Origin: a virus
Lineage: Duplodnaviria > Caudoviricetes
Length of the DNA: 33,359 nt
Direction: 5' to 3' (one strand)
Virus record (IMG/VR): IMGVR_UViG_3300032053_000290
Location: 1-33,359 of that record
The position numbers and the translations under genes are program-made. Below, one piece after another: positions 1 to 9,599 of this stretch (its first letter is position 1; every line of letters starts with the position of its first letter). Under the pieces are notes generated by a model. It ran no database searches. It worked only from the letters and a program-made list of their open reading frames with translations, and was not told where the DNA came from.

Positions 1-1
1 T

Positions 2-1576
2 GTTTACATAAGTACCGTCATTCAATGTCCACAATTTGAAAATTGGGAAACGAGTACTTACTCCACCATTCCATGGTGATATTTTCTGAGATACAATCCA
101 TGGAGTGTAAGCATTGGTAAGTCCATAACTGGAATCACCGTTTAGCAAATCCAATGACCATTGGTCAGTGAATTTAAGAGCTTCTCCAGTCCATGAACCG
201 GAAGGCATTGCAGTACCATTAATCTTCCAACGAGTAGGATTTGCAACAATTGTAGTAATATCATCTTCAAATATTGTATAAAGATAAGCCGCTTCAATTT
301 TTGTTCCTGCTGCATATAAACTAGGATCACCTGCTTGTGCATTATGTCCAAATACATTTGAAATATATTTTTGACTATTTGCATCAAGTGAGAATTCATA
401 CAGTCCATATCCACCATAAGATGATTGACTTAGTGCGAGTTTATAATCTAGTCCAACAGAACTGGTTGGATTAGTTAAAAATGATTGTACTGAACCTAAA
501 AATCCAGGTGCTTGTAAACTGGTATTAATACCGCCATATTGAGTATCTGCTAATACAGCAAGTAATTTATGACTTCCACTAGTACCTGTAGTCCATAATC
601 CAGTGCAAGGATCATAAGTATTAGTCCCATTTATGAATTGATTGGTATATGCGCCCATACTTCCACTAATTAATCCAATGACATTCAATGTAGAATTACT
701 ACATGCATCCAATGATTGACTTATAACTGGTACTTTCAAAATAGTAGCATCAAATGGTACCGTAGATGATGTAAATACAGATCCTACATAAACCAATGAA
801 CCACTTAGACGAGTACCTGTAATAAGTGTTGATAAAATAGATGCTGAATTTATTAATGGTACTCCATATGAAGCAGTTATATTAAGTCCAGATGACGCAG
901 AAATATAAACATCTCCATTTAAATATCCTGTTACAGTTGTACCAGCATAGTATAAACTTCCGCTTGTGCTTTCTGGTAACGAAATGTTACCAGTTGCAGA
1001 AACACTCTTAAGAGTCATAGTAACTGCAACCCCTCTAAATGATGCTGTTCCAGCTGCTCCTATAGAAGATGAAATATTAGTTTTCCAAAAAATAGAGGGT
1101 CCACTATATAATCCAAGTGATGCGGAAAATGAACTTGTAAGTGTTCCAGCCGTGGCCGCCAAATTTGCAATACCGGTCTGTGACACTGATGATATAGTTG
1201 GATCAACCCAACCATCATCAATAGTTCTTACATAATTTCCATATTCTGCCCAAATTACCCATGGATATTGTTGATGATATCCAGTCAATGCGCCAACTCG
1301 ACAAATAGTTACAAATCCCTTTTCTTGTAAATATTGTTTTGCGGTATAAGGACCATAAAGCGTTCCATCAGCAGTACCAAATCTTTGTTCTAATTCTACA
1401 ACACTTGTGATAAGTGTCGGCGAAAATCCAGGCCCTTTTGCAAATGGGGCAACCACTACTCCCCCAATATCCGCAACGCCTTGTGCTATTCCAGAGAGAT
1501 CGTTTTCTCGGCTGAATACTCCTGGAGAAATGATCTTATCATTTGGGGTAAATCGTCCACCTTCTTGTATTGGCAT
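2..1576 (-). CDS. Contractile tail sheath protein (T4 gp18-like), 3' end outside the window
   Basis: Not in the ORF track (no stop inside the window). ATG at 1576 with AGGA upstream. Manual translation MPIQEGGRFTPNDKIISPGVFSRENDLSGIAQGVADIGGVVVAPFAKGPGFSPTLITSVVELEQRFG has the sheath N-terminal SPGV..E.D / KGP...P / F..FG pattern; AYTPWIVSQ near the left edge is also typical of large-phage sheaths. Confidence 0.9.
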   Translation of the reverse strand, partial: MPIQEGGRFTPNDKIISPGVFSRENDLSGIAQGVADIGGVVVAPFAKGPGFSPTLITSVVELEQRFGTADGTLYGPYTAKQYLQEKGFVTICRVGALTGYHQQYPWVIWAEYGNYVRTIDDGWVDPTISSVSQTGIANLAATAGTLTSSFSASLGLYSGPSIFWKTNISSSIGAAGTASFRGVAVTMTLKSVSATGNISLPESTSGSLYYAGTTVTGYLNGDVYISASSGLNITASYGVPLINSASILSTLITGTRLSGSLVYVGSVFTSSTVPFDATILKVPVISQSLDACSNSTLNVIGLISGSMGAYTNQFINGTNTYDPCTGLWTTGTSGSHKLLAVLADTQYGGINTSLQAPGFLGSVQSFLTNPTSSVGLDYKLALSQSSYGGYGLYEFSLDANSQKYISNVFGHNAQAGDPSLYAAGTKIEAAYLYTIFEDDITTIVANPTRWKINGTAMPSGSWTGEALKFTDQWSLDLLNGDSSYGLTNAYTPWIVSQKISPWNGGVSTRFPIFKLWTLNDGTYVN

Positions 1577-1627
1577 ATTAGTTCCTATTATTTAAATATT
1601 CTCTGATGACATTCATCTTCGATTAAA

Positions 1628-1636
1628 TATAAATAT
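1628..1636 (-). promoter_or_regulatory. Candidate late-promoter motif ATATTTATA upstream of the sheath gene
   Basis: The same ATA(T/C/G)TTAT motif sits on the coding strand before several structural genes (7266-7274, 9496-9503, 10989-10997, 13637-13644, 16396-16403, 26440-26452 on minus; 26476-26484, 32343-32351 on plus). Confidence 0.5.
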
Positions 1637-1684
1637 CATCTAAATATCAAGAAGGTGAATTTTATTGTAATATTTTTATATAAG

Positions 1685-1960
1685 TTACTCTTTTATAGGA
1701 GTAAATGTTCCATCTGTCATATTGAGATTGCCAACACCATAAACTTTAACAATTGTGTCAAGGATACCTTGTTCAAGCTTTTGCAAGCTTATCCACTCTT
1801 CTTTAAGTGTTTTTTCTTTATCGACAAATTCACCAACCATTCTATCAAGTTCCATCTTTTCTACTTGTAAATTTCCAAGTTTAAAGATTCCTTCTTGAAA
1901 TTTTGATTGTAACATTCTTATTTCTGCCAGTTCTGATTCAGTAATTTTAATTGGTGTCAT
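1685..1960 (-). CDS. Small coiled-coil hypothetical phage protein
   Basis: 91 aa ORF, heptad-like E/K/L/Q-rich helix ending YGVGNLNMTDGTFTP, directly upstream of the sheath gene. Confidence 0.7.
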   Translation of the reverse strand: MTPIKITESELAEIRMLQSKFQEGIFKLGNLQVEKMELDRMVGEFVDKEKTLKEEWISLQKLEQGILDTIVKVYGVGNLNMTDGTFTPIKE

Positions 1961-2006
1961 ATCTGATATATATTTACATTATTTTATAATAAGTTATTTT
2001 TGTTAT

Positions 2007-2567
2007 TTATAATGTAGTAGCAATTGCACAGGTCCAATTTGCATCAATTTGTGTAATTGTTACGGATGTAAAGAATGAATCTGATTGGTATGCTGCGACG
2101 GAGGCTGGATAAAATTGATTATTGATATTGTTATTTAAATTACTGTATGTACCAGATACTTTACTTAAGTTATATTCGCTTAATAATTCCTTTACTTTGG
2201 TAACATAAATGTCTAATACAATACTCATCGCTGGTATAGCAGTTCCTTTTATTCCCACAACTCGCAATACAAGGATATCCCCCTGAACACATGAACCAAT
2301 ATTCATTTTCCAGTTATCACCTCTATATATAAATGCTCTGAATTGTTCTTTTGTATCATAGAAATTTTGTAAGTGGTCTTCATCGAATGATAATCTATAA
2401 TGTTCGCCAACCGATTGTTGGACATTGCAAAAAATACTTTTATAATTTGACTCATCATCTAAATCCGCTTGTGTTTCTACAGGTTTATTTTTACGAATAA
2501 ATCCTGGCGGACGATTTCTCAACTCTCGGTTATTATCTTCTTTTCTATTAAATAATTCTTTCCACAT
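2007..2567 (-). CDS. Hypothetical protein
   Basis: 186 aa ORF, co-directional with neighbours, AAGGA upstream of ATG; no family recognised. Confidence 0.65.
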   Translation of the reverse strand: MWKELFNRKEDNNRELRNRPPGFIRKNKPVETQADLDDESNYKSIFCNVQQSVGEHYRLSFDEDHLQNFYDTKEQFRAFIYRGDNWKMNIGSCVQGDILVLRVVGIKGTAIPAMSIVLDIYVTKVKELLSEYNLSKVSGTYSNLNNNINNQFYPASVAAYQSDSFFTSVTITQIDANWTCAIATTL

Positions 2568-2585
2568 ATTTTATTTCCTTATATT

Positions 2586-3161
2586 TTAATCACTTCCAAA
2601 AAATAACGCATTGGCTGAAACAGTTTCATAAGTAATATCTAGTCGTGGAGGAGAGTAACCAGTTATTGAACTATAATTAACCCCCCGAATACTGTCTTCA
2701 TAACTTAGTCTCCAGTCAACCGCTCGACCACTCAATGCACTTGCAATGTCTACCGTAACGGATATCAGAGTTTCGGAATTCAGCCCGCCATAGATATCTT
2801 CTACATCAATTGTAGTTCCTGTTGCATTACCATCAGGTGCATTATTCCATGTAATTGTAGATTGATCCCATGACCCCCCGATAACCCGTTTTAAATAACT
2901 AAATACTGATGAATAACTATCTCCATGTTGGTAAAACTGAAACATTGATAAAGTTGCTGATGTAATAGTTGCGGTAGTTGGTATAGAAGTTAAATCAAAT
3001 CCAACCCAAGTGTTACAGGGATAATCGACAGTCAGTACCGCCAGCGGGTCGTATGCTGCACCCACTATACAATATGCATAATCTGCCGACGAAAAATTAG
3101 TTGTAGGATATTCTTGACTAACAAAAGCATTTCGTATTGCATTAATATTTACGGTAGGCAT
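2586..3161 (-). CDS. DNRLRE/CBM96-like beta-sandwich protein, probably virion-associated
   Basis: Motifs FDLTSIPTTATITSATLSMF and WDQSTITWNNAP, C-terminal PRLDITY; GGAG upstream. Confidence 0.65.
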   Translation of the reverse strand: MPTVNINAIRNAFVSQEYPTTNFSSADYAYCIVGAAYDPLAVLTVDYPCNTWVGFDLTSIPTTATITSATLSMFQFYQHGDSYSSVFSYLKRVIGGSWDQSTITWNNAPDGNATGTTIDVEDIYGGLNSETLISVTVDIASALSGRAVDWRLSYEDSIRGVNYSSITGYSPPRLDITYETVSANALFFGSD

Positions 3162-3799
3162 AATACTCCATTTTCATAAATTTTATATAAATATATAGGT
3201 TCTCTTTCTGTCATTACCTTCTGTCCTACATCCGTTTTCCATCCAAATAAATTTGTAAAATAAATTCGCATATTTTTTAATTCAGAAGATTCAGTTATAT
3301 CGAATGTAATAATATCAGCATCATTAAAAGACCATCCGTTTTTAACCAACCCTCCAGTTAAATATAATGTTTGTTTCCATCGAATAGTTTTGGGTAATTT
3401 CTTAACTACGTCCTCAATTGTTAATAATGGTATAGCAACTGGACTTGGTATCTGTTTATATGTGAAATTAATCTTATCAATTATAAGACTTCCTTTGTCA
3501 TATAATCGGAAAGCAATATTTCTTTGATTCCTCCATTCATTACATACTGTAGCATTAATACCAAGTGGAGAAGATAAATTATTAAAATATTCTTTTATTT
3601 CAGGAGTAAGTTGATTATCATTTAATTCAGATATAAAAACTATATTTCCCGTAGTTGTTCCATACATTGCCAATTTGCCGCCAACCCAAATATTCAGTGG
3701 ATATGAAATAGTATCGGGTAATATTGTAATCAATTCTTTTAAAGTGGTCACTTTAATACTTTCTATGTTTTGTGGTAATTTTGATGTATAAATTGCCAT
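3149..3799 (-). CDS. Tandem minimal nucleotidyltransferase-like (Pol beta superfamily) protein
   Basis: Two internally similar halves. The second has LYLTGG-x9-DAD plus a later D (KTDVG); the first has IWVGG-x9 but lacks the acidic residues. Confidence 0.5.
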   Translation of the reverse strand: MAIYTSKLPQNIESIKVTTLKELITILPDTISYPLNIWVGGKLAMYGTTTGNIVFISELNDNQLTPEIKEYFNNLSSPLGINATVCNEWRNQRNIAFRLYDKGSLIIDKINFTYKQIPSPVAIPLLTIEDVVKKLPKTIRWKQTLYLTGGLVKNGWSFNDADIITFDITESSELKNMRIYFTNLFGWKTDVGQKVMTEREPIYLYKIYENGVLCLP

Positions 3800-3802
3800 A
3801 AA

Positions 3803-6800
3803 TTAAAAATTTAGAGCGGAATTTCCATAATATTTAACATTTGTGGTGTCATAAATAAAACTCACCAAATCAACTTTGTTAAGTTGATTAGTTAATACAG
3901 GAATACTTCCACTTGGCCATAAAACCGTTGCTGGCCAAGTAATTGAACCAGTATTCCCTGCCGCAGGCTGCTTAAGCATCAATATATATCTTGCACCTCC
4001 AATCGGATTAGCAAAGGTTAAAGTTTGTCCATTGGATACTAGCAAATAATACTGAACATTTCCATTATTCCAGTCCACTGCGGTTGTTGCTATAGATTGA
4101 GTGGAAGCATATTGCTTTGTAAATGTCGTGTTACTTAAATACGATGCTGTCACTGAATTTAGAGCCCATGACGATGTTCCAAATAATGAACCAGTCAAAT
4201 TAGGTATACTTACTGACCCCGACGTTGTTATGGTTAATGCATTGGTTCCATTATAAGTATCAATACTCACAATATTCTTGTTTGTTGATGAACCAGAGAT
4301 ATAGAGTGAAGCACTAAATATTGGTGTTTGAGTTCCAATGATTAAACCTGTACTTGCAGTGATAAAGTTACCAATAATAAAAGAACCACTGATTCTTCCA
4401 GCAGATAATCCTGACATGGTTAATGGACAACTACCTGTTATTTGACTCGCTGACATGTAAATATTACCAAGTCCACCTGTGCCAAATGTTGCACCACCAA
4501 TTATAGTAATATCTCCACCAGCAAAATGGTCTCCAGATTTTCCACCTGCGGCACCACCAAAAATATTTATATTACCACCTTTACCATCACCACCAGATGA
4601 AGATCCATTACCTGCTCCACCATTAAGATTTATATTTCCACCACGAATTGCCACTCCAAGTGATAAAGCATCACTCGCATTTATATTTAAACTACTACCA
4701 CTACCAATCGGAAATGCACCTGCGAATCCTATGGTTCTTCCTGCACTCGAACCAGTACGAGTAAATGATAAATTACCACCAATCAATTGTCCAGTACTTG
4801 CGGTGATATTGAAGGAAATTACATTAGATGCTGTGACATAGGACGCAGTTAATGAACTTGTTGAATTAAGTGATTGAGTGCTGAATAAACTTTGTGTGGC
4901 AAATAAACTCTGAGTGCTGAATAAACTTTGTGTGGCAAATAAACTCTGAGTGCTGAATAAACTTTGTGTGGCAAATAAACTCTGAGTGCTGAATAATGAT
5001 TGTGTTGCTCTTAATGAAGTAATAGTATTTAGAGCCCATGATGCTGTTCCAAATAATGAACCAGTGAAACTTCCACTAACATGGTCATTAAAAATAAATT
5101 TTGGATTGGTTCCAATTGCATTGAAATATGTGACGCCAGAAGAACTTACTGTGGTATTAAATAATGATGTAGCATCAAAGGCAATTGTAAATTGATTGTT
5201 AACTATGTTTATGGAGGATGTATTTATTGGTGACTCTAATGTATAACCATTACTTGATACATCATCACTACCTATTGCACTAACACCAATATCGAATCTA
5301 TTGTATGGAGTAAAGAAATAATAATTTGAATTTGCTCCATAATCAGGATCAGCTACAACTACAACCTTATAACCATCTGCATTTGATGCACTAGTCCATG
5401 AAGCTGTCATGTGTCCACTAGTAGAAAATACACCACCGTCATCCTGACTGAAAGAAGCAGAAGTTCTGCTATAAACCTTTACATCATTAACCGTCTTATA
5501 AGCAAATACTGAAAAGGCATATGTTCCACTGGTACTATACTGGCCGCCTGAATCAGTGAAATATATACCATTACCAATAACCGTAGGTCCTTGTAAACTG
5601 GTTGTAACATTACTTCTTACATGCAACGAAGCAGATGGATTATTAAAACCAATTCCTACAGAACCAGATGGACTTATGGTTAACGCATTAGTACCGGTAT
5701 AAGTGTCTACACTCACTATACTCTTGCTTAATGCAGAACCAGAAATATAGAGTGATGCAATTCCAGTTGGTGTTTGAGTACCTATGGTTAGTCCAGTACT
5801 TGCGGTGATATTAAAGGAAATTACATTGGATGCTGTGACATAGGATGCAGTGAGTGATGACGTAGAAAATAATGAAGTTGTTGCGTAATTACTTTGGGTT
5901 GCAAACAAGGATTGAGTGCTGAATAAACTTTGGGTTGAGAAAGCAGACTGTGATGAAAATAATGAGCTGGTTGCAAAATTACTTTGAGTTGAGAAAGCAG
6001 ATTGAGATGAAAATAATGAGCTGGTTGCAAAATTACTTTGAGTTGAGAATAATGATTGAGTGGATCTTAATGCTGTAACCGAATTATAATCCCATGATGC
6101 TGTTCCAAACAATGAACCAGTCAGGTTAGGTATGCTTACTGACCCCGATGTTGTTATGGTCAAAGCATTCGTGCCGGTGTAAGTGTCAATGCTTACAATA
6201 TTCTTGTTTGAGGTTGAGCCAGAAATGTATAGTGAAGCACTAAAGATTGGTGTTTGAGTTCCAATGATTAGTCCAGTACTTGCGGTAATATTGAAAGAGA
6301 TTACATTTGAACCTGTAACATAAGAAGCAGTTAATGATTGGGTTGAATTGAGTGAAGTTGTTGCGTAATTACTTTGAGTTGAGAAAGCAGACTGTGATGC
6401 AAATAATGAGCTGGTCGCAAAATTACTTTGTGTGCTGAATAATGACTGAGTTGTGAAGAATGAATTATATGATTGAGATGAAAATAATGAGTTGGTTGCA
6501 TAATTACTTTGGGTCGAGAAAGCAGATTGTGATGAAAATAAAGAACTGGTCGCAAATAACGATTGGGTGCTGAATAATGATTGAGTGGATCTCAATGCTG
6601 TAACCGAATTCAATGCCCATGATGCTGTTCCAAACAATGAACCAGTCAGGTTAGGTATACTTACTGACCCCGATGCATTAATTGTTAATGCATTTGTACC
6701 GGTGTAAGTATCAATGCTTACAATATTTTTGTTTGAGGTTGATCCAGAGATATAAAGTGAAGCACTGAAAGCAGGAGTTTGAGTTCCAATGATTATTCCA

Positions 6801-7246
6801 GTACTTGCTGTAATATTAAATGATACTACATTTGATCCAGTAACATATGAGGCAGTTAATGATGAAGTAGAATTGAGTGAAGTTGTTGCGTAATTACTTT
6901 GAGTACTAAATAGTGATTGAGTTGAGAATTGAGAATTATATGATTGGGATGAAAATAGTGAATTCGTTGCGTAATTACTTTGAGTTGAAAATAAACTTTG
7001 AGTACTAAATAATGATTGAGTACTAAATAATGATTGAGTACTAAATAATGATTGAGTACTAAATAATGATTGAGTACTAAATAATGATTGAGTACTAAAT
7101 AATGATTGAGTACTGAATAGACTTTGTGTTACTCCTCCTACCCCGGCCGAATTTATGGACCATGATGCAGTTCCATTAAAACTCCCAGTAAACTGTCCAC
7201 TATTGATGGAAGCGGTATTTACATAAAATATATTATCATTTGCCAT
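3803..7246 (-). CDS. Long Ser/Thr-rich tail-fibre-like protein with hexapeptide repeats
   Basis: 1147 aa. Runs of STQSLF/STQSNY hexapeptides, four copies of an ITASTG.IGTQTP..SASLYISGS...VDTY.GTNALTI module, a Gly-rich GG.INI.GG segment, and a fibre-type C-terminus (VDWNNGN...ITWPATVLWPSG...VDLVSF). Confidence 0.75.
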   Translation of the reverse strand: MANDNIFYVNTASINSGQFTGSFNGTASWSINSAGVGGVTQSLFSTQSLFSTQSLFSTQSLFSTQSLFSTQSLFSTQSLFSTQSLFSTQSNYATNSLFSSQSYNSQFSTQSLFSTQSNYATTSLNSTSSLTASYVTGSNVVSFNITASTGIIIGTQTPAFSASLYISGSTSNKNIVSIDTYTGTNALTINASGSVSIPNLTGSLFGTASWALNSVTALRSTQSLFSTQSLFATSSLFSSQSAFSTQSNYATNSLFSSQSYNSFFTTQSLFSTQSNFATSSLFASQSAFSTQSNYATTSLNSTQSLTASYVTGSNVISFNITASTGLIIGTQTPIFSASLYISGSTSNKNIVSIDTYTGTNALTITTSGSVSIPNLTGSLFGTASWDYNSVTALRSTQSLFSTQSNFATSSLFSSQSAFSTQSNFATSSLFSSQSAFSTQSLFSTQSLFATQSNYATTSLFSTSSLTASYVTASNVISFNITASTGLTIGTQTPTGIASLYISGSALSKSIVSVDTYTGTNALTISPSGSVGIGFNNPSASLHVRSNVTTSLQGPTVIGNGIYFTDSGGQYSTSGTYAFSVFAYKTVNDVKVYSRTSASFSQDDGGVFSTSGHMTASWTSASNADGYKVVVVADPDYGANSNYYFFTPYNRFDIGVSAIGSDDVSSNGYTLESPINTSSINIVNNQFTIAFDATSLFNTTVSSSGVTYFNAIGTNPKFIFNDHVSGSFTGSLFGTASWALNTITSLRATQSLFSTQSLFATQSLFSTQSLFATQSLFSTQSLFATQSLFSTQSLNSTSSLTASYVTASNVISFNITASTGQLIGGNLSFTRTGSSAGRTIGFAGAFPIGSGSSLNINASDALSLGVAIRGGNINLNGGAGNGSSSGGDGKGGNINIFGGAAGGKSGDHFAGGDITIIGGATFGTGGLGNIYMSASQITGSCPLTMSGLSAGRISGSFIIGNFITASTGLIIGTQTPIFSASLYISGSSTNKNIVSIDTYNGTNALTITTSGSVSIPNLTGSLFGTSSWALNSVTASYLSNTTFTKQYASTQSIATTAVDWNNGNVQYYLLVSNGQTLTFANPIGGARYILMLKQPAAGNTGSITWPATVLWPSGSIPVLTNQLNKVDLVSFIYDTTNVKYYGNSALNF
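4875..4995. repeat. 36-bp tandem repeat, ~3.3 copies, in frame (STQSLFATQSLF)
   Basis: Unit tgagtgctgaataaactttgtgtggcaaataaactc at 4875, 4911, 4947, partial at 4983. Confidence 0.9.
6998..7114. repeat. 18-bp perfect tandem repeat, ~6.5 copies, in frame (STQSLF)
   Basis: Unit ttgagtactaaataatga at 6998, 7016, 7034, 7052, 7070, 7088, partial at 7106. Confidence 0.95.
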
Positions 7247-7322
7247 ATTTTCAAATTCTTATAACAATAAATATCCTATTTGTGGTCTTTTCGTAATAAA
7301 TATAATTTATCGAAAAGTTGAA

Positions 7323-7892
7323 TTACTTCATTCCTAAGTATTGAGCAATAGTAAGTATTTTTGTAGTTACATAATTACCAAAGGTATTTGTGGAGAAACT
7401 TTGTGAAGTATTATAGTTCCATACTGCTGTGGCGATTTCCACCGCAGTTGGTGCAGTCGATCCAGTTGTGCTGCTGGCAACCTCAATTGCTTGTACCAGT
7501 TGAGATCTAGCCATAATATAATTGACACTATTACGTCCCAATGGAGGTATAAATGGAAAATCACCTGCTTCACGAGTAAATAAATTGCCAACTACTACTA
7601 ATGAATGATCTCCCTCCCATGAGCGAATTCTCCATCCATTTTCTAAGAAGAATGTAGAACCTACAAATTGTCCTCCTCCAAGTGCTTCACCACCAATGGT
7701 AGAAATAGCGACGGTATATTCCATATTATCAGATTGAAGAGACCATTCTTTCCAATCAGAATATATATCTTGCTTAACATCAAGTGCGGTTATATTTCTA
7801 TTAACAAGAATAAGGCGATTCGGACCATCAAATGTTACATTATGATAGTTTTGCCAATATTGCCAATTTCCATAATATGTGCTTGTCCACAT
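7323..7892 (-). CDS. Putative tail-associated structural protein
   Basis: 189 aa; VTFDG...DVKQDIYSDWKEW...TIGG..FFLENGWRI and EIATAVW patterns that I associate with phage virion proteins; sits inside the structural block. Confidence 0.6.
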   Translation of the reverse strand: MWTSTYYGNWQYWQNYHNVTFDGPNRLILVNRNITALDVKQDIYSDWKEWSLQSDNMEYTVAISTIGGEALGGGQFVGSTFFLENGWRIRSWEGDHSLVVVGNLFTREAGDFPFIPPLGRNSVNYIMARSQLVQAIEVASSTTGSTAPTAVEIATAVWNYNTSQSFSTNTFGNYVTTKILTIAQYLGMK

Positions 7893-7898
7893 ATGTTG

Positions 7899-9479
7899 TT
7901 AACTCAATTCTCTATAATTCAATGTTGCGGAAGCAGAAACTTGAGATCCACTTAAGTTGGTAAGACAAAATGAATATGTTCTATATCGACCATCTGCCCT
8001 AAGAACCAATGCTTCATCATTAAATTCAAAATATGGTTTGAGATCGAAATTATGACATCCTGGTCCAAAGTTATAACTTATAAACTTAAACGAGTCAGGT
8101 GTTATATTGGTACTGGTACCTGCACTATCATATGCAATAGTAGATAATGAACTGCTAGTCCAATTTGATCCAGTTATACCCGCATCAACTATAAGATCCA
8201 TTTTTACATATCCATTATTAACAAAAAGAGCAAGCGTCTCTGGATAGATAGATACTCTATTTATGCCAGAACCAAGTAAATTTGCTTGACTATTTCTAAC
8301 TGAGAATAAAGGTGTTTGAGTGGTTATACCAACAGACGCAGATGATTCCACATCACAGTTTCGCCACGTTGTGTAACCTTCCAAAACGTGAGCATCAGAA
8401 TATACTGCGGCACAAACTACACGAATATCAGAGGTTCCACTAGTAACTCCATAGTTTGTATTTTCCCATCTAATAGGCAGATGGGGAGTGTTCATATAAG
8501 GACCGATACTAGTATTAGAATATCTGTTAGTATGACATATTACTCGTTCGCCGTAACTATCCACTATGCCATATCGAACTGCTCCAACACCTAACCACGC
8601 CATATCAATCCAATAAAAATTTTCTTTTGAGACATCCAAATGAAATTCGGAAATACCTGTTCCATCTAGTTTGTCATTATTAAAATTATTAGAATTGGTT
8701 GCAATATCCACTCCACCTTTTCGCACCACTGTTCTAAAAGTTGATCCGCTCAATTCAAAAAACAATCCATTGTCGTCATCATAATATCCCCAGCGACGAA
8801 TATTATTTGCTCTACCAGTATCACTTAGTCCAAGAGTAAGTATGGTTGTTGTGCCAGTTCCCGGCATATAATAATGATATCGATTTGTAGTTCTTTTTAT
8901 ATAGGCAGTGGCAGTTGAGTTACAGGATAATAAAAATGTTGCGGTTGCTTGTTGGTGTGTAGCAGTGGCACCAGACCCAGATTCCATCGAAAATAAATCC
9001 CCATAATCTCGCTGAGTATGTTCATATTCAGCTATCATTTCTCCACTAGATACTCGAAGATTATTAAATGCATCTAACGATGGTTCTCCTTCAACAAATG
9101 CAGTTAATGCTGCTCCACGAGTATTTATTCTCTGTCCAACAAAAGGATTTCTATGGTCAACAACCGAAACCGTAGGAGTATATAAAGGAGCCCCAGTGGT
9201 TGTTGTTTTGGCATATGTTACTGATAATACTTGTAGATTTTCGGCAAGAATAAAAGTAGTCAATGAGTCGGTAAGCAATGTTATAGTGATAGTGCCAGAA
9301 CTAGTAGTACCATCTATTTTTACAATGTAACCATATACTCCTGATGATGCGCCGGTTACGATATCGCCGATCTCAAATGGTATAGTACCTGTATCATAAC
9401 CAACTTCAATGGTTACAGTGTGACCTATTTTTTTACCAGTACTATCTGGCGGAACTTGAACATATCCATTAAATGCCAT
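7899..9479 (-). CDS. Putative virion structural protein with a lectin-like beta-sandwich region
   Basis: 526 aa; DAFNNLRVS, YHYYMPG, RWGYYDDDNGLFFE, WIDMAWLGVGAVRYG, LPIRWEN motifs; structural gene context. Confidence 0.6.
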   Translation of the reverse strand: MAFNGYVQVPPDSTGKKIGHTVTIEVGYDTGTIPFEIGDIVTGASSGVYGYIVKIDGTTSSGTITITLLTDSLTTFILAENLQVLSVTYAKTTTTGAPLYTPTVSVVDHRNPFVGQRINTRGAALTAFVEGEPSLDAFNNLRVSSGEMIAEYEHTQRDYGDLFSMESGSGATATHQQATATFLLSCNSTATAYIKRTTNRYHYYMPGTGTTTILTLGLSDTGRANNIRRWGYYDDDNGLFFELSGSTFRTVVRKGGVDIATNSNNFNNDKLDGTGISEFHLDVSKENFYWIDMAWLGVGAVRYGIVDSYGERVICHTNRYSNTSIGPYMNTPHLPIRWENTNYGVTSGTSDIRVVCAAVYSDAHVLEGYTTWRNCDVESSASVGITTQTPLFSVRNSQANLLGSGINRVSIYPETLALFVNNGYVKMDLIVDAGITGSNWTSSSLSTIAYDSAGTSTNITPDSFKFISYNFGPGCHNFDLKPYFEFNDEALVLRADGRYRTYSFCLTNLSGSQVSASATLNYRELS

Positions 9480-9508
9480 AATTTATCATCTTTGTTATAA
9501 GTAGTAAT

Positions 9509-9599
9509 ATTTGTATTATAAAAATAAAAATTAATAGTATAATATTATTATACTATAACAATTAAATATTACCATTTGTATTATAAAAATAAAAATTAA
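9509..9599. repeat. 26-bp exact direct repeat pair flanking a palindrome
   Basis: atttgtattataaaaataaaaattaa at 9509-9534 and 9574-9599; inverted repeat atagtataat-att-attatactat at 9534-9556. Confidence 0.85.

Noticed and set aside
142-1870. Short track ORFs 142..417, 966..1235, 1407..1595, 1655..1870
   Set aside because: Alternate-frame or antisense shadows of the sheath gene and of 1685..1960; no recognisable features.
9509-9599. Repeat-spacer-repeat as a mini CRISPR array
   Set aside because: Only two copies, almost pure A/T, the palindrome is in the spacer rather than the repeat, and one copy overlaps a stop codon.
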